DNA from: Lophium mytilinum | Lineage: Eukaryota | DNA length: 64,000 nt | Direction: 5' to 3' | Assembly (NCBI GenBank): GCA_010093605.1 | Contig: MU004203.1 | Coordinates: 202,391-266,390 of the forward strand | Shown: in pieces, positions 13,382-23,334 of the stretch | How positions within the stretch are numbered: the stretch's first letter is position 1 | Layout of the letters: the number at the start of each line of letters is the position of its first letter | Notes under the pieces: generated by a model | What the model saw: only the letters and a program-made list of their open reading frames with translations | What the model was told of the DNA's origin: nothing | Database searches by the model: none | Translations under genes and position numbers: made by a program

Positions 13382-15133
13382 ATGCGCCTCATCAACGTCA
13401 AGACCTATGAGATCGAAGAGTTTTTTGGCTCTGATATTCCCAATTACGTCGCATTGTCTCATACATGGCTACCACAGGAAGAACCCTCGTTCCAGGACTG
13501 GGCGAATGCATATCGCAGTGCGAAAACGTGCCCTGACGGCATAGTAGCGGGCATGCGAGTTGTCATGATCGACCTCAACAAAATTCTCGGCTATGAAAAG
13601 ATCCACAACTTCATCTGCGAATCACAAAATCTTGACGGTACATACTGCTGGGCGGACACCGTGTGTATCGACAAATCGAGCAGTGCGGAGTTATCCGAGT
13701 CCATAAACTCCATGTACAAAATTTACAAAAACTGTGAACGTTGTCTTGTCTATCTGCAAGATATCGAGGTTGAGGTTCTTCTAGAGAATGACGATTTTTC
13801 GTTACTTGTTCAATCAAGATGGTTCGCTCGCGGGTGGACCTTGCAGGAGTTGATCGCACCCGAGCATCTCGTGTTTTACGACCGAGAATGGACCTACATC
13901 GGTTCCAAAGAGCGCTACAAAGCTTATTTTCAAGAGGCTACTGGAATTCCATCCGAGGTTCTTCTTAACGCGAACAGTTGGAGGGCGTATAGCGTCGCCG
14001 AGCGGATGTCATGGGCATCGAAGCGAACCACGACTCGTGAGGAAGACATGGCTTACTGTCTTCTAGGTATTCTTGACATCAATATGCCCTTACTCTATGG
14101 AGAAGGCGAAAAGGCTTTTCAGAGACTGCAAGAGGAGATCATCAAAAAATATGACGACGATAGCATTTTCGCATGGAGCTGTCCCCAATCGTCGCGCAGT
14201 ACCTACCGCAGCATATTAGCGAGGTCTCCTTCAGAATTTGCGAACTCGAAAGGAATATCGTTCTTTGGGTCTAAAAACAGCGAGCCATATATGATGACGA
14301 ACAAAGGACTCCAAGCGCATTTTCATGGGTGGGTAGTTCCAGGGATACCGGACGAATTCGACGTCGTGCTAAACTGTTGGAACTCGGATCAAAAAGCTGT
14401 TATAATTCGTCTGCGTAGGCTATCCGCATATATGCCATTCTACGCACGCGTGGACAGCCACTTTAGTCACACGATCGGCGCCAGTCTATCTCAACAAAGC
14501 ATCGTGAAGGTCGAGTCACGAACTGTGTATGTAAGAGAGGAGATCCCTCTCCCTCTCCCAGTACCGCATCGGTCTTCTCGAGCTCGCGGACTATGTTTTC
14601 GATTCAAACCACGCGGTCTATTGGTCAAGAGGATGTGGCGGTTTGTCAGCGCAGGAAATTGGCAATGCGAACAGCCGTTCCAATATCCTACACACCAGAG
14701 ATCGAGGGAGTTCATGGTTGTACTTCCTAAGGATCTCGCCACCCGACGGGGACTCACAATACCGGCGCCACCTCCGGATAAGCCAATCACTTTTTCCATC
14801 AAAGTATTGCTCCGACGCTGGCCAGAAGAGGAGTTCTTTGGCATGCATATAGAGTTCGGTCAATATCAATGGTGTGACTGGGATGGGGACGAGTTAGTCA
14901 GCTTGTGGGCCAGTGTACGACTCGGTGATCTACCAGAGTCCTACGATCCGGATTATGGTCCACCAGAGTTTGTGTCTGATGGGCCACGGTTAGTAAAGCT
15001 TACTCCCACTTTGATTAACGATGACCTATGGTTCTCCACCTCTGTGCCCTGGACAAAGCAGAGTGGTCAGCTTTGTGTCGACAAACTAGTGCATCCTCAG
15101 ATACTTAGGATTGACCGTCGTACTATTGCATAA
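13382..15133 (+). CDS. HET (heterokaryon incompatibility) domain protein
   Basis: Motifs MRLIN...YVALSHTW, WADTVCIDKSSSAELSESINSMY, SRWFARGWTLQELIAP and RMSWASKRTTTREEDMAYCLLG..MPLLYGEG..AFQRLQEEI. Confidence 0.93.
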   Translation: MRLINVKTYEIEEFFGSDIPNYVALSHTWLPQEEPSFQDWANAYRSAKTCPDGIVAGMRVVMIDLNKILGYEKIHNFICESQNLDGTYCWADTVCIDKSSSAELSESINSMYKIYKNCERCLVYLQDIEVEVLLENDDFSLLVQSRWFARGWTLQELIAPEHLVFYDREWTYIGSKERYKAYFQEATGIPSEVLLNANSWRAYSVAERMSWASKRTTTREEDMAYCLLGILDINMPLLYGEGEKAFQRLQEEIIKKYDDDSIFAWSCPQSSRSTYRSILARSPSEFANSKGISFFGSKNSEPYMMTNKGLQAHFHGWVVPGIPDEFDVVLNCWNSDQKAVIIRLRRLSAYMPFYARVDSHFSHTIGASLSQQSIVKVESRTVYVREEIPLPLPVPHRSSRARGLCFRFKPRGLLVKRMWRFVSAGNWQCEQPFQYPTHQRSREFMVVLPKDLATRRGLTIPAPPPDKPITFSIKVLLRRWPEEEFFGMHIEFGQYQWCDWDGDELVSLWASVRLGDLPESYDPDYGPPEFVSDGPRLVKLTPTLINDDLWFSTSVPWTKQSGQLCVDKLVHPQILRIDRRTIA

Positions 15134-15602
15134 CTCGTCAGGAGAGATCGTTTTAGGACTTCAGACTGTGGACCTATTCATCCGACTATGCCAATACGAA
15201 AGAGACTCAAGGAGTCCTGTAGCAGTGTCAGTCTATCTCGTTTCCTGCGGTCTTGTATTCGATCTCTAGACTCTAACATTCGTGGAAAATTTCAAGACCT
15301 CCTTGAGTCATGTCTGACAACGGCATAGCAGGATCAAATTGAGCAGTTCAGGTTCCTGATATCTGCTCTGTTGGAATCTTTGTGTCAACGAGATGCAATA
15401 TAGGGGACTAGGCATGCCCAGTATATAATCTCGCCGTCCGGGGCATTGTGGAAGTTCCCATGTTTTTTTGTCTCACTTCTCACAAGTCTTCTTGTTTAGC
15501 CCTTAGCATTGGCAGCAGAAGGCAGCATTTCGTAGTAAACATTCATCTAATTACTGGGCCTCCGCCATCCCTCACTCATCTCTGCTCTGCCTCCCGATGT
15601 GC

Positions 15603-16510
15603 TTACTCCGCCTCATCTTCCTCCTCGACTTCGTCGTCCTGGCCCCTTCTCTCGCCACCTTCCTCATCTCCTTCTTCATCTGCCTCCTCTCCCTCCTCCG
15701 CCGCATCACCCTTGGCGTACCCAGCGGTACCCGAGTTCCACTCCGCGAGCCCGTCCCACCCATTCTGCTCGATCTTCCGGAACTCATCGTTGTGGGCCTT
15801 CAACTTCACCAAGTACGTGCAAAGTCCCGCCAGCTTCACCTCCAACGTCTACACCACGCGTTAGCCACACTATCCCACCAATAAGACAACAACTACAATA
15901 TCCTTACCTTCGGGAACAACTCGCACAGCTTCTCCGCCGGCACCTCCAAGAACGCCCTCAACTTCGAGATCTCCGGCCCGATGGGCTTGTTCCACACATG
16001 CTCCGTCTCTTCATCATCCTCCGACACCTCCGCTGCCTGCGACGTCTTCGACGTCCTCTTAATCGGGGCCTTCTTCGGCTCCTTCTTCGGCTCCTCTCCC
16101 TCCTTTCCGCGGAACGGCAGCCACGTCACCCTCTCCTTTCCCTTGATCAATGACTGCCACTTCAACGGGCAGTCCCGGGCCACCAGCTCGCTGTCCACCG
16201 CACGTGCACGGCTCTGAAAGCCCTTGTTGAGGCCGAGTTCCTCCTTGAACATGATCCGCGCCACGGCAAGATACATCTTGACGAGGTTGGAGGCGTCCTC
16301 GGGGCACTGGAAGGGGAGGTCGACATTACCGCGGGTGAACTTGTAATCGACCCAGGTGCGGTAGAAGTTGTCCCAGTTAGGGTGTCCGCCGGTGGCTTCG
16401 CGCAGGAGTTCTGCTAGGAGGGTGGCGGGGATGCCCGAGGCGGTGTGGAACTGCTGGAGCAGGACGGCGGATTCGGCGGGGGTGAGGGTACGGGGGGTCC
16501 AGTTGGACAT
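15603..16510 (-). CDS. Hypothetical protein, orphan family A copy 1 (2 exons, intron 15849-15907)
   Basis: ATG 16510 (MSNWTPR). Intron GTAAGG...GCTAAC...TAG joins FPK-TLEVKLAGL. Acidic tail. Alignable to the 18424-19425 protein. Confidence 0.75.
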
Positions 16511-17259
16511 TTTGAGTTGGTTGGGTGATGATGGGGAGGCGGGGGTCCAGGGTGTAGGTGTGGTAGGTGTGGTAGATGTGGATGTAATGTTGAAGAGCTT
16601 CTTTGAAGTGTCTTTGTTGATGTAGAGGTTGAGGAGGATGTAATTGGAGCTGGCGAGTTGAAGGTCTGGGGGTGGAGGTGAGTGGACGAGGTGGCTTAAA
16701 GAAGGCAAGCGAGATTGAAACCCACGTGTTGATAAGCTGCGGATTCAAGCGGCAGGGTGAAGGGACGCGGAAATAGAAGGCTCTCCTCGGAAGGTTCGTG
16801 TAGAGGTGTCGAAGTCAAGCCGAGTTGGCCATCTAAGTGACGATGATGTTCACATGGCAAGGGAGGCCACAGAAACCTCTAATATCCAGCAGAAGTTCAA
16901 AACAGTCGACACATTTCTCGCACTTCTTTCAATTTCTTGAAGTTGACGCTCATACTAAAGGTTCTACACCATATACTCTGCTAAATTTAATTCTGCATAT
17001 ACGAGGAGACCTTTCTCCCACTCATGTCTCTGTCAAAAGCTGCTTCATAGGCTCCCAAATTGATATACTTCCACTTGTTTCAAGATACTCTTATAGCCCC
17101 CCCGGTTACAAACACTTCACACGTAGTACAAACCGTCACTGCAGTAAAACTCAAGAGGCAAGCAAGGCACAGCAAACTACAATGGCAAACATGAAGCTAA
17201 GTACTTATGTCTACTCCCACAAGCTATACCATGCACTTACAATGCTGTACAGTCAGTCC

Positions 17260-17668
17260 TACGACATAAATTTGGGCACTCTTATACCGCTGCCTAGGGT
17301 GCGCTTAGGGACTTTCAATCCTCCGGATACAATGTAAAGGTTAATGTAGTGGATATCAGGCTGTACTTTGACTGGCCGAACACCTGCTGGCTGAGCTACC
17401 CTTCACGTTGGTGTGAGCGGTCAAGATTGGACGTCGGGGATGGTTATATCGCGTGCCACGAGCCATAGAATGCACTCAAAAGTCGCACAAATCTACGACA
17501 TAAGTCTAGGCACTTTCATACCGCTGTCTGGGGTGCACCTATGAAGCTCTAGTCCTCGAAATACAATGCAAAGTTCTGATGCAGTGGAAGTAGGCTGCCC
17601 TTTGAATGGCTGAACGCCTGCTGGCTGAGCTACCCTTCACGGTGGTGTCGAGCAATCAGGATAGGAAG
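17260..17668. repeat. Diverged tandem direct repeat, period 234 bp
   Basis: TACGACATAA...GGCACT...ATACCGCTG...ATACAATG...CCTGCTGGCTGAGCTACCCTTCACG present at 17260 and 17494. Confidence 0.85.
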
Positions 17669-18423
17669 CCGCAGGCCCCCATATTCAGGTGTCCAAGATT
17701 GCGTCCTGGAACTGTAGCAGACGTTTGCTTACATCCTTTTGCCGCCACTTAGGGTGCTTCAGACTATTCACCCTACTTGGACCAACTAGACATACACACA
17801 TTCAGTGTACAATTATCTACCAGTGCCTAAGGTGGCTCGGTAGACTATCAGGCCTATAACGCTGATAGGCTGGTATTCTCTTTAAAGAGGTTGAAGTACC
17901 TCTAACGGCAGTATAGCTGTGGAGATAACCTCTAGATCCGATAGTGTAGCTCTTAGAGTGTAGCGCTTAGTTATCACTTTTTATTCCAACATCATTGTAT
18001 AGTCACGACGTAAAGCTTATAGTCACAACTTTCAAGCCAAATTACACGTAAGTAAGTCATTCTGTTCGTCATTGTATGACTATCTAACATATCTGAAGAC
18101 TGTTTCCAGGCCACCTAGCCCACGACCTTCCTAAACTGCCCTAGAACTGTCATTAGGCCTCGAAGCACTTCCTCTACACTTTAAAGATCCGAGCCAACTT
18201 TGCCACTGGACAATCCAACGATGAAAATCTAACGGAGTGTCCGCTTCCTCTTTCCATTCGTAAGTTATGGCTCAGGATGAGGAGTGACGGAGCACCTGGT
18301 TCTCATGCTCTCTTCGAGCTCCTCCACGCTGTTGTCCTCTGAGCCTGACTGCTCGGACTCAAGGTCTTCACTGTCTGTCTCATCGAGGGCCAGCAGCCGC
18401 TGTTCAGCATCTTCTAGCTCAGT

Positions 18424-19425
18424 CTAGTCCCAGTCGCCGGAAGATTCGTCCGTCCCATTGCTATCTTCCTGAGCGGAGAGGCGGCTGTCCTGGCTGCTAG
18501 ACAGGCGGGCTCGCTTTTGGGCCTTTGTACCGCGTTGAGTAGTCCGGGCGCGAGAGGGTGTCTGAGATCGGGCTGGGGAGGTGCGCCCAAACATCGGATT
18601 GCGGCGGCCGGGCAAGGGTGGGCTGTCTGGCACGGTTTGCGCAGAATGTTCCCTGCACCAAACCGTAAGCCATTCTAGCCCCTCATCGTCCTCCTCTTGT
18701 TCCTCCTCGTCGTTCTCGTCCTCATCGTCATACGAATCGTAGGATTCGGGCAATCCCGAGAGCCGACGTTGCCTCATGATCTCCGCATTGGCTTCCTCAT
18801 CATCCTGAGTCCACCCCCAGGGCCAAATCGCGACATAGTAATACACGGGTTCCTCTAGTTCATCGTCCTCCTCATAGCGACAGTAGTCATGTCGCATCTT
18901 GAGCCCGCGCCAGTTCCTCGCCTTGTAGGCGTTGAGCTTTGTATTCATTTGGTCCAATGCTTTGAGCACCCCAGCGACGTTCATGCAGTGTTGAATGAGG
19001 TCGTTGTAGTTGCACTTGGGGTCGACAAGCTGCTCAACAGACACTTCCACAATCTCCTGCAGTTCTTCCCGCGTAGGGAAGAGGTTCTCCCACCGTAGGT
19101 CGCAGTCCTTGCGGGGCAACTCGCCAAAGCCCCGGGCCTCGTGTACTAGACGCTTGTTTGTGGCAATCGCGTCTGGGAACATGATGCGCGCCATTGCGAG
19201 ATAGGCGCGGGCAAGTGCGGGAGTGTCCTCGGGGTAGTCGATTGGTCGAGGATTCTTAACTGGAGTAGCGTAGTAATCAGCATACTCTCGGAACTCGACA
19301 CGGCGGCCGTAGGGGTTTGTGAGGATCTCTACGACAGCTTCTGAAAGACCGCAAGTCTGTCGGAACAGCGACATCTGACCTCTGAAGGTCCGGGGGGAAA
19401 TCTCGGCAGGTTCCCAGTTCGACAT
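18424..19425 (-). CDS. Hypothetical protein, orphan family A copy 2
   Basis: ATG 19425 (MSNWEPA). Shares PED...YLA.ARIMF...NK...AR...EL...DC.L.W..L with the 15603-16510 protein. Acidic/basic low-complexity tail. Confidence 0.75.
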   Translation of the reverse strand: MSNWEPAEISPRTFRGQMSLFRQTCGLSEAVVEILTNPYGRRVEFREYADYYATPVKNPRPIDYPEDTPALARAYLAMARIMFPDAIATNKRLVHEARGFGELPRKDCDLRWENLFPTREELQEIVEVSVEQLVDPKCNYNDLIQHCMNVAGVLKALDQMNTKLNAYKARNWRGLKMRHDYCRYEEDDELEEPVYYYVAIWPWGWTQDDEEANAEIMRQRRLSGLPESYDSYDDEDENDEEEQEEDDEGLEWLTVWCREHSAQTVPDSPPLPGRRNPMFGRTSPARSQTPSRARTTQRGTKAQKRARLSSSQDSRLSAQEDSNGTDESSGDWD

Positions 19426-19912
19426 TGTATTGTTTTGCTGCGTGGTGGGTGGGCACAGCGGTGTCGGTGGAGGTTGTGATTGTAAAGAAGGAGTTGGAAG
19501 ATTGGGGCCGGGTTCAAGTACTTGCGCCGCTCGAAGAAGAGTTGTCTGGAGTGTGGGTGAGCAGCGGAGGTGGTGGTGGTGGTGGTGATGGAGAGTGATG
19601 AGGAACAAGGCAATGAAGAAGCGGGAGGGGCCTTAAATACTGCAGGTAGTCCAAATGCTGCTTAGCAGGTCGGTGAATTGTGGCGTGAAGAAGGCGAGCG
19701 GGGTGGTGCACTGAATGCGTGCACTTGGCCGTGATTTCATCGGCGGTGGTGAAAAAGTCTCCTCCAAACGCCAGGGCCTGTCAGTGAATCGCGTTGCAGT
19801 TGCGAGACTCGGGACCAGCAGGCGATCGGTGATCCTGTGCTAGTGACGTTGTTATGGTGCGGCAGCCTGGTGGCCGGTGGCCGGTGTAAAAGCGGATTCA
19901 GTCAACAGTGGC

Positions 19913-19918
19913 TATATA
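19913..19918 (+). promoter_or_regulatory. TATA element of U6 snRNA gene
   Basis: TATATA exactly 30 nt upstream of the inferred U6 +1 (19943). Confidence 0.7.
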
Positions 19919-19942
19919 TTTAGTGCAAATTCAACTCACTTC

Positions 19943-20095
19943 GCCTTCGGGCATTTGGTCAATTTGAAACAACACAGAGAAGGTGTGTACCATTCCTCCT
20001 AACACTCAGCTTCAAAACTAATATCTTCCAGATTAGCATGGCCCCTGCACTAAGGATGACACGCTTTATCAAAGAGTAGCTTCAAAATTTTTTTT
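19943..20095 (+). ncRNA. U6: U6 spliceosomal snRNA gene containing a 49-nt spliceosomal intron (19983-20031)
   Basis: 5' GCC-TTCG-GGC hairpin, then ATTTGGTCAATTTGAAAC, ACAGAGAAG | intron GTGTGT...ACTAAT...TTCCAG | ATTAGCATGGCCCCTGCACTAAGGATGACACGC, ending in an oligo-T Pol III terminator. Confidence 0.95.
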
Positions 20096-20117
20096 AGCTT
20101 TCATTTTGCTTAGATGA

Positions 20118-20127
20118 GGTTCGAGCC
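20118..20127 (+). promoter_or_regulatory. Pol III B box downstream of U6
   Basis: GGTTCGAGCC matches the B-box consensus GGTTCGANNC and lies ~23 nt past the terminator. Confidence 0.7.
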
Positions 20128-20936
20128 GCCTAGCGGCCACCTTTTTCTTTTTGCCAGTGAACGGTTTTGAGAGCTACAACAACGCTAACCATAAGCCAAG
20201 CCATAGATGAGCTACGTGCGAACTCGAATAATTCTCCCATGAAGCTATAGAGTCGGCCATGGATTGTAGGGAGTTGGCTTCCTGGAAATGGGAACGGAAA
20301 TGCTGCCACTCCATTACACTGACGAGCGCTTTTCAACATCTAGTAGGTAGCTACACTGAACCTAAGCACGCACTGCGGGATTCAAACCCCCGCCCAATGC
20401 TCCTCGTAGGACTACCAAGGTACCAATTCATCTTCAGCAACATCTCTAGAGACTTAGCCCAATTGGGAGGCTGCCATCACTTCCTGCGTGCTTACAAACC
20501 CAAGCCTTTCACGTTTCCCAGCACCTTCATCAACCCCCTCGAGAGTCTTATATTGTCAAAATGCTCTCGAGCTATGGATTTCGATATATTTTGCTCGTGC
20601 CAGCTCTTCTATTTCCCATTTGTGCTTGGCAAGACAGTTGTCGGCAGTCCAACAGTGCCAACGGATAGGCAAAGTCCTATCCCGCGACAGATGATATGTG
20701 TGTTGGTTGGTGCTGTACATACAGTAGGTCAGTAAGATACAGCATCGTTCTCGCTAATACTAACCTTCACTACGCCCGTCCACACCACGTGGCTTATAAC
20801 CTCCGCTCTTCCATCATCATCTTTCTCAACTATCAGCGCACTCCTCCAACTCTATTCAACACTCCGCTTCAACTTTCTGGACACTTACCATCATAGCTCC
20901 ATAGCATACTACTCTACCCAAAGCAGCGCCTCCAAA

Positions 20937-21842
20937 ATGCTCACCACCCTCTCATCCACCCTCCGCAACCTTCTTCCCAGAAGCCAACCACCCACCACCA
21001 CCACCTCCACCACCTCCCCCAAACTCCTCGGCAAAATCATCCTCATAACCGGCGCCACCTCCCCCCTCGGCACCACCACCCTCCTGCACCTCTGCACCCT
21101 CTCCCCCGCCGAAATCTACTTCACCAGCCGCTCCCCCACCGCCGCACGCGCCCTAATCGCCCGCGCCGCCGTCCTCGCCCCCCTCGTCGTCCTCACCCAC
21201 ATCCACCTCGACCTAACCTCCCTCCTAAACGTAAAAAAAGCTATTACAACGCACTTCCGCAACACGCGCCTCCACCTCCTTATCTGCTGCGCCAGCACCA
21301 ACGCCAAAGACACACTCAGCGCGAACTCGCTCACGAAGGACGGGTATGAGCGGAACATGGGCGTGAACTACCTCTCTCACGCGCTTATAATCAAGTTGTT
21401 GCTACCGACGCTGCTAAGGACGGCGGAGAGCAGGCCGACGGCGGATGTGCGGGTGGTGATGGTTACAAGTCCGGCGTTCCGACGTGCTTCGGGGGTTCAG
21501 TTCGCGAAAGCGAGGAGGATCACGGCGGAGCATGCGGGGAGTTATGCGGAGTCGAGATTTGCGGAGGTGGTATATAACTCAGCGCTGGCGGTGCGTTATG
21601 AGAAGATTTTGGCGGTGACGGTGCTGACGGGGGGGAACGTGGGGTTGGCGAGGTGGATGCTAGGACGGGGGGAGTCTGCGGAGAACGTGGTGTGGGCTGC
21701 CACGGCGGAGAGGAGGGTGGGGGAGGGGAAGGTAGGGAGTGGGGTATATGGGCCGGTGGGGGTGCCTGAGAATGTTGGTTTTGATGGGAAACTTATGGAT
21801 GAGTTGTGGGAGTGGACGGAGCGGGAGTTGAGGAGATTTTGA
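20937..21842 (+). CDS. Short-chain dehydrogenase/reductase (retinol-DH/WWOX-like), atypical motifs
   Basis: Motifs GKIILITGATSPLG, LDLTSL, TKDGYE...VNYLSHAL, RVVMVTS, YAESR and LWEWTE. Confidence 0.82.
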   Translation: MLTTLSSTLRNLLPRSQPPTTTTSTTSPKLLGKIILITGATSPLGTTTLLHLCTLSPAEIYFTSRSPTAARALIARAAVLAPLVVLTHIHLDLTSLLNVKKAITTHFRNTRLHLLICCASTNAKDTLSANSLTKDGYERNMGVNYLSHALIIKLLLPTLLRTAESRPTADVRVVMVTSPAFRRASGVQFAKARRITAEHAGSYAESRFAEVVYNSALAVRYEKILAVTVLTGGNVGLARWMLGRGESAENVVWAATAERRVGEGKVGSGVYGPVGVPENVGFDGKLMDELWEWTERELRRF

Positions 21843-22267
21843 TGGGTTTGGAGGGGGAGTCGCGATTGGATATGGTGGTTAAAGGGTTTGGGTGGTAAGA
21901 GGGAGTTCAGTGGATCGCTTGAGGGTTTGATTTGTTTGGGAGCGTTGGGAAAGTGTAGATGCGTTGCGAATTGGACTTGGTTTTTGAAAATATATGGGAA
22001 GCATGTGAGGTCTCGTAATCGAGCCAGTACTTTCGAGAAGGTGTTGTGGCGGGCTAGTGATTTACAGGCTGTTTGTACCTGATATTACGCAGTGCTTAAG
22101 ATGAGACCTTAGAATGATGAATTTGTGGGTATCGAGAAGCTTACTCCAAATCATCCATTCGGCAGGGTAAAGAATTAGTAATTAGATATAATCGCCGGGG
22201 AATCATCAACACTACCATCCATCTAATAAAAGCTCCGCCATGACTGCCTGTTCCACCTCTTCCTGGT

Positions 22268-23334
22268 TCAAGACGATGCCGGGGCAGCGTTTGGATCATT
22301 TGCTTCCTTCGAGGAGCCTTCAGACGGTGTTCCAGCATCACTAGTCCCATTCGCCTCCTTCTTTGGCTCTTCCTTCTTCGAATCGTCCGGCTTTGCGTCG
22401 TCTTTCTTGAGATCGTCCTTCTTCGCGTCGTCCGGTTTTGCGTCGTCTTTTTTCGCATCATCTTGCTTCGAGTCGTCTTTTGGGGTCTCTTTGAGGTCCT
22501 CCTTCTTCTTCGGTGCCTTAGTAGCAGGACTCGCATCCGGATCATCAGCCGGCGGCTGCGAAACCACAAACACCGGCGAAGCAGCTGGAGTACCAACCCC
22601 CGAGACCGCAGGAGCCGGCACAGTAGCTGGCGGCGCAGGAGGCTGTCCCGGCGCGCCCGGTCTCGCCCTCAACGCCGCATTCCCGCCCTCACCAACCCCA
22701 CCCATATACATATCCGCTGTCCTCAAATCAGCATGCATCCCCCCCAAAAAGTCAAAACATATGAAAACTCGCCCTACTTACGATCATTCATAGTATCACT
22801 CCTAACCGCCTTATCATACAACCTCGTCAACCGCGCCACCTCACTCCTCACACTAACATCATCATCAATCGCAATCTCATCATACCCGTGCCACCCCCTA
22901 CTAATCCCAAACCACATCACCTCGCTATTCTCAATCTCATCAACCACTCTATCCATCTCGTCTCTAAACATCCGCGCCCGCATCGGCTGTCCCCGGCTCT
23001 TGAGATATGCGACGACCCCCGCGATGATAGTGTTGAGCACGCCGAAGATCGTGATCAGCACGTGCGAGGACTGGCTGGCGCCGAGCGCGGTCAGGGTCGC
23101 GCCGAAGACGACCTGGGTTAGGAGTAGCGTGTTGGAGAGCGTGGCGGTGAAGACGTAGGTGCGGTTTTGGGTGCGGCGGCGGTGCAGGGCGCGGCCGTAG
23201 AGCGTGCTGGGGATTGGGGAGGGTTTCTTGCCGCGGATGTTGGAGGGTGGCACGCCGACGAGGGTGCAGAATTGGTGGTGGATGCTGTTGGGGTCGTCGG
23301 CTTGGGGGAGGAGGGGGGTGGATTCGTCGGCCAT
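22268..23334 (-). CDS. Fungal SLATT (SMODS/SLOG-associating 2TM effector)-like protein, 2 exons (intron 22717-22781)
   Basis: Two TM segments (LLLTQVVFGATLTALGA; LITIFGVLNTIIAGVVAYLKSRGQPMR), then NDPDMY after splicing, and a KKDDA-repeat tail. Confidence 0.78.

Noticed and set aside
20363..20494. tRNA-like shape on minus strand (10-bp terminal inverted repeat TAAGCACGCA/TGCGTGCTTA, GGTTTGAATCCC T-loop-like motif, CCCAA/TTGGG stem)
   Set aside because: No A box, variable loop too short, T-stem mismatched and out of register with the acceptor stem. At best a decayed tRNA/SINE; tRNAscan-SE would settle it.
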